From Corallochytrium limacisporum Hawaii (taxonomy: Eukaryota; Protista; Pluriformea): a stretch of 37,627 nucleotides of DNA. How positions within the stretch are numbered: position 1 is the stretch's first letter; the number at the start of each line of letters is the position of its first letter. The notes below the pieces were generated by a model. That model saw nothing but the letters and a program-made list of their open reading frames with translations. It did not search any database and was not told where the DNA came from. Shown here piece by piece: positions 31,274-37,627 of this stretch. The position numbers and the translations under genes were made by a program. Location of the stretch: contig PDIP01000148.1 of the NCBI GenBank assembly GCA_002811645.1, positions 1 to 37,627 of the forward strand, read 5' to 3'.

Positions 31274-31551
31274 GACTTTGTGCCACTTCCTTTAAATTGA
31301 ATCATGATACAGCCTTTTGGATTGCCTGAGAGCCTGTTGCATCGTCCTTGCACTAGGCGACGAGCCAAAATACCTTCATAGGGCAGCCCGCATGGATCAG
31401 AGTCTGGCTGGAGACCCACCCCCTTCTCCCTCCCTGCACTGGCCTAGCATTTTCCTTAACCAAATTTTCTCCAAAATCTATTTCGAGCGGTTTAATTTTT
31501 CTCCTTGGTACCTAATCAATAGGCAGCACTACGTTGTATTGGACACACTTT

Positions 31552-33039
31552 CTAGCCAACTGGCAAGACCTTGTACGGATTCAGAATTCCTTTGGGATCA
31601 AAGACCTGCTTGAGTCGGCGCATGTAGTCAATAGTTAGAGGATCCTTGGAGTAGTGGAGAGCGCCAGGCTTCATGTACCCGATACCGTGCTCGGCACTGA
31701 CGCTACCCTGGTGTTGATTGACCCACTCGTAGACGAACGGTTCAATTCGTGCCAGAAGTTCGTCGTTCTTACCATCGGAAGTTATGTTGAGGTGAAGGTT
31801 GCCGTCTCCAACATGACCATAGCCTACAACCCACCTGGCAAGATCACCGCAACGTTCTCTCATGTCCACAACTAAATCGTACAATCTGTCAACGGGAATG
31901 CTAACATCATACTTGTAGCAGTAGCCGTCACGCTTGAGCGATTCTGCGACACCCTCTCTGATGTCCCAAATGTGGTTAGCTTGACCCACATCCTGCGCCT
32001 GGATACCATCGAGCACGGGACCATCTTCCATGCCTCTTTCAAGGAACGTAGCAATTTTTTCCATGTCATGTTCAGCATTGCTGCCTTGGGTCTCCACGAC
32101 GCAGTAGAAGGGGTATTTGCTGTCAAAAGGGTTCTTCTTTTCGAGATACTTCTCAACGAGATCCATGCTACCAGAGTCAATGAACTCAAAAGCAGAGAGA
32201 ATCTCGCCCAGGTCATGCTTGGCCATCTTCATGAGATCGAGGACGTCTGTGAACTTTTCGCAGGCAAGCATTGCAGTTTGCACACTCGCTGGTTTGGCAG
32301 GTACATGCAGGGCCAATTTGGTGACAATGCCCAGAGTGCCCTCGCTGCCAATGAAAAGTTGTTTCAGGTCGTAACCAGTGTTGTCCTTCTTTAATGTCCG
32401 CAAGAGATCCAAGACTTCGCCAGTGCCGGTCACAGCTTCGATGCCAAGAGTATTGCCGTGCAAACTCCCGTATCGCAGGAATCGCAAACCTCCCGCGTTA
32501 GTGCTCAAGTTGCCACCGATGTGGCAAGAGCCTTTCGCACCCAGATCCAAGGGCATGATGTGATTTCGTTCCTTCAGCCATTCGTCCATAACCTGCAGGA
32601 CGCAACCTGCTTCACAAGTAACAACACCATTGACCTCATCAAAGTCAATGATATGATTCATACGATTCATGGTCAGCACAATCTCGTCGTGCACTGGAAC
32701 ACTACCGCCAACCAGGCCAGTGTTTCCGCCCTGGGGTACTATGGCAAGGTTCCGTTCATTGCAGTACTTCACAATCTCTGAAACCTCTTCCGTAGTTCCG
32801 GGGCGCAGCACCAGCTGAGTCTTACCTGAGTACTTCCCAAGCCAGTCCGTGTTGTATCCTTCCATCTCAGTTGGATCTGTGAGGATATTATTGTCGCCAA
32901 CAATCTTCGAGAATGCATTGAAGTCTTTATCGCTGACCTGACTGAAGTCTCCTCGAGAAGCCGGTGCTGCCATACCATATGCCCGCCGCAAATGACGTAG
33001 ATGCGTCATAGTGCCCAGAGGCACACGTCTGCGCATCAT
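31552..33039 (-). CDS. D2HGDH: D-2-hydroxyglutarate dehydrogenase, mitochondrial (FAD-linked oxidase)
   Basis: PQGGNTGLVGGSVP, PLDLGAKGSCHIGGNLSTNAGG, KKDNTGYDLKQLFIGSEGTLG, GYGHVGDGNLHLN, SAEHGIG and FDPKGILNPYK. Arg-rich presequence starts at the ATG at 33039; the exact start is uncertain. Confidence 0.96.
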   Translation of the reverse strand: MMRRRVPLGTMTHLRHLRRAYGMAAPASRGDFSQVSDKDFNAFSKIVGDNNILTDPTEMEGYNTDWLGKYSGKTQLVLRPGTTEEVSEIVKYCNERNLAIVPQGGNTGLVGGSVPVHDEIVLTMNRMNHIIDFDEVNGVVTCEAGCVLQVMDEWLKERNHIMPLDLGAKGSCHIGGNLSTNAGGLRFLRYGSLHGNTLGIEAVTGTGEVLDLLRTLKKDNTGYDLKQLFIGSEGTLGIVTKLALHVPAKPASVQTAMLACEKFTDVLDLMKMAKHDLGEILSAFEFIDSGSMDLVEKYLEKKNPFDSKYPFYCVVETQGSNAEHDMEKIATFLERGMEDGPVLDGIQAQDVGQANHIWDIREGVAESLKRDGYCYKYDVSIPVDRLYDLVVDMRERCGDLARWVVGYGHVGDGNLHLNITSDGKNDELLARIEPFVYEWVNQHQGSVSAEHGIGYMKPGALHYSKDPLTIDYMRRLKQVFDPKGILNPYKVLPVG

Positions 33040-33481
33040 CGATTGCACCCACATTTCAAAACTGTCAATAACTACAAATCGCAGCAACTCATGTGCCATA
33101 CCATTGTACTTGGTTTCCAAGATTCCTGTACCTTCGATGCAGTCGTGATCAAAGAGCTTTCAACCCTTTGAAGTGGTGCCAACTTCCTGTCGGAAGAGGT
33201 ACCAGGCCCACCGGCCCGAGTTCGAAGTCCCCTCCGGTCCGGAAGAACTTCGCCGGGTATGAGACCCGGTCCCAGTGTCCAGCCCAGTAGACAATTCTCA
33301 CTCAACTACTAGTATAATAATTGCTCCACCCCACCCCCGGCCCCCAAGTCATAGACTGCGAAGGACGAATTCAGAGTGGGTGAATGTTGTGGCTGTTTTG
33401 CTTCCCTCCCCCCGGGGTGAGTTGTTCTAGATGCAGCTGTAGCTTAAGGCCGTGCGGACGGATCGGCGGTGGAAATACTTG

Positions 33482-33540
33482 GTACGTTCCTTTGGCATTG
33501 CGTTAGCTGAACTATGTTGTAAACTGATTACCTATCATAG
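33482..33540 (+). other. Candidate 5' UTR intron 1 of CAND1 (59 nt)
   Basis: G|GTACGT donor, CTGAT branch at 33524-33528, CATAG acceptor. Confidence 0.55.
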
Positions 33541-33689
33541 TTCTGAAACAGCTGGTGGAGGGATTGTGGTGTGGCTTGTACTCAGGTCGTGTTGTTCTAC
33601 GAAGCGAATGACATTGAGGGATCATATCGACGGTCGTGGTATTTGGCATATGATGGACTTGGACATTAGAGCATTCGTGTAAGAATCCG

Positions 33690-33756
33690 GTATGTCTCAG
33701 TAGATTTTTGGGCCCTTTTGGGAGACATAGAGTGGTCGGCAGTAACCTGATTATAG
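33690..33756 (+). other. Candidate 5' UTR intron 2 of CAND1 (67 nt)
   Basis: G|GTATGT donor, branch-like GTAAC or CTGAT, TAG acceptor 14 nt before the ATG. Confidence 0.55.
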
Positions 33757-33770
33757 TCCTAACTGCAACC

Positions 33771-36700
33771 ATGGCGGCCAACTTGCAAATCGCAACCCTG
33801 CTGGAGAAAATGAAAAACTCCGATAAGGATTTCCGCTTTATGGCCATCAATGATCTTATGGCGAAGCTGAATGAATTCAAGGGAGTCCAGTCCAATCAAG
33901 CAGGTAACCCATTTGACAATGAAACGGAGGCAAAGGTTGTGAATGCCATTGTCAAGGTCCTAAAGGATCCCAATGCTGAAGTACAGAACTTGGCCGTGAA
34001 ATGCTTGGTGCCTCTTGCGGAACGGGTCCGTGACCAGCAGCTGGAGTCTATGTTGGACTCTTTGTTCTCCAACATGCAATCGGAAACTGAACAGGTCCGG
34101 GAAATATCTAGCATCGGTCTCAAGAATGTCGTCAGTACACTTGATCCAACCAACCCTTCGCACACCCACCTCAGCAAGCGCCTGGCGACTTGGCTGTGCA
34201 AGTTTGTGGAACAGAACTCCAAGCACGTCCCGATTTTGCTCGACTCGATGGACATTTTAGCTGACCTGCTTACCAGATTTGGACAGGCCCTGGAGGAACA
34301 GCACCCTCAGCTGCAGTCCACGCTTACCAAGCAGATGCATAGTGACCGCATGGCGGTACGCAAGCGTGCCATGACTGCTTTGGGTGCTCTGGTGATGACT
34401 AGCCGAGATCAGCTCTTCAATGACCTGATGGAGGATATTATCAAAGTTCTGGAGAGCTCCAGTGCAAACGAGACGGATAAGAAGGCACATGTGCAGTTGA
34501 TTGGTATTCTTGCAAAGACTTCTGACACACGTGTTGGTAAGCATATTCCAGAGCTCTTCCCGCATATTTTGAAGTTTGTTCAACACGAGGGAGATGATGA
34601 ACTCCGAGAATCCTGTATTGCATGCTTTGAGACTCTCTCACTGCGCTGCAGCAAGGAAACTGCCACATATACTCCTGACATTATCAAAGTCTGTTTGGAG
34701 CTCCTTAGCTACGACCCCAATTACAACTACGACGATGATGATGAGGACGGCGGGGACGATATGAGTGTGGGTGACGACGACATGTACGATGACGATGATG
34801 ATGATGAGTACAGTGATGATGAGGACATGAGCTGGAAGGTCCGAAGGGCGTGTGCCAAGTGCTTGAGTGTCATTATCTCTACTAGACCCGATCTGCTGCA
34901 GCAGCTTTTGGACACTGTGGCCCCGGTACTTGTCAGTCGCTTCAAGGAACGGGAAGAGAATGTCAAGAATGATATTTTTGGTGCGTACGTTGCTCTTCTG
35001 AGGCAGACTCGTTTCGTGACGTCCCAGGGTGGTTTGTCAGTGGACGCTGCAAATGCGATGGCAATGGAGGGTTCTCCAATTACTTTGATACGCGAGCAGC
35101 TTCCTATTGTGACTAAGAGTATGGCCCGACAGCTCAAGGATAAGAGCGTGAAGGTCAAGACCGGCTCTTTCCAGCTTCTTGCGGAGCTCTTGAACCTTAT
35201 TCCAGACGGCCTAGACGATCACATTGATGGACTGATGCCAGCCATTTGGACCTCCCTGGGCGACAGCTCCATGAACGCAAGTGTGCGTCTCGACGTTTTG
35301 TCATTCTTTGCCAAGCTCATCACTGGCAGTCGAATTGAGGTCCTGCAAAAAGAAATTCCAAAACTCATCGAATACTTGTGTGGCTGTATTCAGGAAACGT
35401 TCTACAAAACCATCAGCGAGGGCCTGATGGTTCTGACCTTAATGGTGCGTATGCTGCGGCCAGATCCTCCGGCTGAGGTCATGGATGTAAAGCCATTCGT
35501 GCCTGTGATCTATGAGACTGTGTTCAACCGCCTGAAGTCCACAGATATTGATCAGGAGGTAAAGGAACGCAGTATCATGTGTATGGCCCGCATCATGGCG
35601 CACATGGGTGACTACATTCCAGAAAAGATGTCGGAAGTCATGGAGATCTTCCAAGCTCGTCTAGAGAATGAAATTACGCGTCTTGTGGCTGTGCGTGGTG
35701 TAACAACCATTCTGGAATCGCCATTGAACTTGCCGATTCAGTCTTTTGTGCCAACTTTGGTCAGCGATTTCACTACTTTCCTGCGCAAGTCAAGCCGTAC
35801 TCTACGAGTGGCTTCTCTTGTGGGTCTGCGCGCAATCGTCGGCGAGAGCGATCTTCCTATCGAAGTGGAGGCAATCATGGCTGAAACTAGGCCGCTCATT
35901 AAGGACAGTGACCTGCATCTTACACAGTTAAGTTTGATCGTCATCATGAAGGTGATCTCCAGCCGTGCTGCTGGCAAGGCTCAAGAAGCAGCAGAGTATC
36001 CGGAGATTCTGGCCTTGATCACTTCACCCTTGCTCCATGGTGCTGCCCTGAAGGAGCTGTTGAACTTCTACGAAGCCCTTATGCAGATCCTTGGGCCCGC
36101 TCACTATGAGCGCTTGACCAGTGTGATCCTGGACTACCTTCGTCTATATGAACAGCCAGTGCCCCGTCGGGCCTACCACACTGCCGCGCAGGTTGTGGAA
36201 CGCATCGCCCGTCAGAGCCCTGAATCTGCTCTTGACCATCTTCAGACGTTCCTGAATGAGATTCAGGACGAAAACAGTCCGGACGCTGTTAACATCACAG
36301 CGCTCTACTGTATTGGTGAAATCGGACGGACACATGATGTCAGCCGTTATGAAACAATGGCTGACTCCGTGAGCGCTTTGCTCTCGAGTCCGAAGGAGGA
36401 GGTCAAGGCCGCTGCCAGTTTTGCACTTGGTACTCTGGCAGCTGGCAACCTTGAGAAGTATCTGCCTTACATTCTCCAGACCATCGAACAGCACCCAGAC
36501 AAACAGTACCTGCTGCTGCACAGTTTGAAGGAAGTGATCATTTCACTCGCAACCTCTGGGGAAGACGCGAGTATGCTGCACAACCATATGGAACAGATTT
36601 GGACCATGCTCTTTGCGCATAGTGAAGACAAGGAGGAAGGATCTCGCAGTGTGGTGGCTGAATGTCTAGGTAAGTTGACCGTACTGGACCCGCAGGCTGT

Positions 36701-37502
36701 TCTACCTGAGATGCGCAAGCGCTTGAAGTCAGACTCGCCGCTCATGCGCGCAACTGTGATCTCTGGTATCAAGTACACCATCACAGACCAGAACGAGGCA
36801 ATCGACGAGTATCTTGTGCCTGTGATTAGTGAGTTCCTGGCTGGTACTAGCGATGCCGACATTGGCGTGCGCCGGGTTGGTCTCGTGACTTTGAACTCGG
36901 CTGCCCATAACAAACCTGCCATCATCCGGGACCAACTGCCTAACATTTTACCTTCGCTTTACGAGAATACTGTGGTCAAACCGGAACTGATCCGCCAGGT
37001 CGAGATGGGTCCATTCAAGCACAAGGTCGACGATGGCCTCGACATTCGTAAGGCCGCGTATGAGTGCATGTACACCCTGCTGGATACCTGTCTGGATCGC
37101 ATCGAGCTCTTTGACTTCCTGACTCATGTACAGCACGGTCTTGAAGATCACTTTGATGTCATTATGCTATGTCATTTGATCCTCATCCGCATTGTGGGTG
37201 CGTCTGCTACTGCTGTTGCGCAACGTCTCGATGTCTTGCTTCCCCCTCTGCAGGGCACTATTACATCGACATCAAAGGCATCGACCGCCAAGCAAGACCC
37301 AGAGAAGAACGAGGAACTTATTCGCTCAAGTATGCGTGCTGTATTGGCCCTAGCCAAATATCAGGAGACGGGAATGCACCCCGATGTCCAAGCTCTTGTA
37401 AACCTCATCAAGTCCAAGGACGACTTACGCCACAAGTACGAGGCCATTCAGAAGGATACTGAAGTCGCTCGCCTCAACGAAGGAGATGGCATGGAGATGT
37501 AA
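33771..37502 (+). CDS. CAND1: Cullin-associated NEDD8-dissociated protein 1 (TIP120), HEAT repeats
   Basis: LLEKMKNSDKDFRFMAINDL, EVQNLAVKCL, YDPNYNY, YSDDEDMSWKVRR, RFKEREENVK and VEMGPFKHKVDDGLDIRKAAYECMYTLL; ACC-ATG start at 33771. Confidence 0.98.
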   Translation: MAANLQIATLLEKMKNSDKDFRFMAINDLMAKLNEFKGVQSNQAGNPFDNETEAKVVNAIVKVLKDPNAEVQNLAVKCLVPLAERVRDQQLESMLDSLFSNMQSETEQVREISSIGLKNVVSTLDPTNPSHTHLSKRLATWLCKFVEQNSKHVPILLDSMDILADLLTRFGQALEEQHPQLQSTLTKQMHSDRMAVRKRAMTALGALVMTSRDQLFNDLMEDIIKVLESSSANETDKKAHVQLIGILAKTSDTRVGKHIPELFPHILKFVQHEGDDELRESCIACFETLSLRCSKETATYTPDIIKVCLELLSYDPNYNYDDDDEDGGDDMSVGDDDMYDDDDDDEYSDDEDMSWKVRRACAKCLSVIISTRPDLLQQLLDTVAPVLVSRFKEREENVKNDIFGAYVALLRQTRFVTSQGGLSVDAANAMAMEGSPITLIREQLPIVTKSMARQLKDKSVKVKTGSFQLLAELLNLIPDGLDDHIDGLMPAIWTSLGDSSMNASVRLDVLSFFAKLITGSRIEVLQKEIPKLIEYLCGCIQETFYKTISEGLMVLTLMVRMLRPDPPAEVMDVKPFVPVIYETVFNRLKSTDIDQEVKERSIMCMARIMAHMGDYIPEKMSEVMEIFQARLENEITRLVAVRGVTTILESPLNLPIQSFVPTLVSDFTTFLRKSSRTLRVASLVGLRAIVGESDLPIEVEAIMAETRPLIKDSDLHLTQLSLIVIMKVISSRAAGKAQEAAEYPEILALITSPLLHGAALKELLNFYEALMQILGPAHYERLTSVILDYLRLYEQPVPRRAYHTAAQVVERIARQSPESALDHLQTFLNEIQDENSPDAVNITALYCIGEIGRTHDVSRYETMADSVSALLSSPKEEVKAAASFALGTLAAGNLEKYLPYILQTIEQHPDKQYLLLHSLKEVIISLATSGEDASMLHNHMEQIWTMLFAHSEDKEEGSRSVVAECLGKLTVLDPQAVLPEMRKRLKSDSPLMRATVISGIKYTITDQNEAIDEYLVPVISEFLAGTSDADIGVRRVGLVTLNSAAHNKPAIIRDQLPNILPSLYENTVVKPELIRQVEMGPFKHKVDDGLDIRKAAYECMYTLLDTCLDRIELFDFLTHVQHGLEDHFDVIMLCHLILIRIVGASATAVAQRLDVLLPPLQGTITSTSKASTAKQDPEKNEELIRSSMRAVLALAKYQETGMHPDVQALVNLIKSKDDLRHKYEAIQKDTEVARLNEGDGMEM

Positions 37503-37627
37503 GAACACCCTAAAGCTCAGAAAACACTTTCCGCAATACCACCCTCTGTCTCCTAAGTATGAGACAAATCGCACGAAAACGAGAACCCCGATCACTCTTT
37601 TTAATCATGATTGAGTAATATATATTT

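Noticed and set aside
6131-37502. F-box gene and CAND1 in one window as an SCF gene cluster; lipid enzymes as a metabolic cluster
   Set aside because: The genes are far apart and interspersed with unrelated housekeeping genes; nothing suggests co-regulation.

Overview
Eukaryotic nuclear DNA from a compact, intron-poor genome. The gene set (CUSTOS-like, BAR-PH-ArfGAP-ANK, animal-like CAND1) suggests a unicellular holozoan/opisthokont; this is inference. Twelve single-exon CDSs are supported: TMEM69/DUF3429, an N-acetylneuraminate lyase-like aldolase, a fatty acid hydroxylase/sterol desaturase, an F-box protein with a BRCT-like segment, a long-chain acyl-CoA synthetase, crooked-neck/CLF1, an ACAP/ASAP-type ArfGAP, an orphan protein, a flavin amine oxidase, a CUSTOS-like protein, D-2-hydroxyglutarate dehydrogenase and CAND1. 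Convergent genes almost touch (31-208 bp). Divergent spacers are long (0.7-8 kb); the three longest hold microsatellites, all five N-gaps and error-prone homopolymer-rich sequence. The best leads are: (i) short spliceosomal-type introns apparently confined to 5' UTRs; (ii) a TATA-preceded, UGA-interrupted Cys-rich frame at 23842-24237 with scattered MsrB/Yippee-like motifs; (iii) a hairpin-rich 0.5 kb segment bracketed by two identical telomere-motif 12-mers (9000-9495); (iv) unusual domain architectures (F-box+BRCT, CUSTOS+Zn ribbon, amine oxidase with a large loop insertion). None can be confirmed from sequence alone. Family assignments come from remembered motifs, not database searches.
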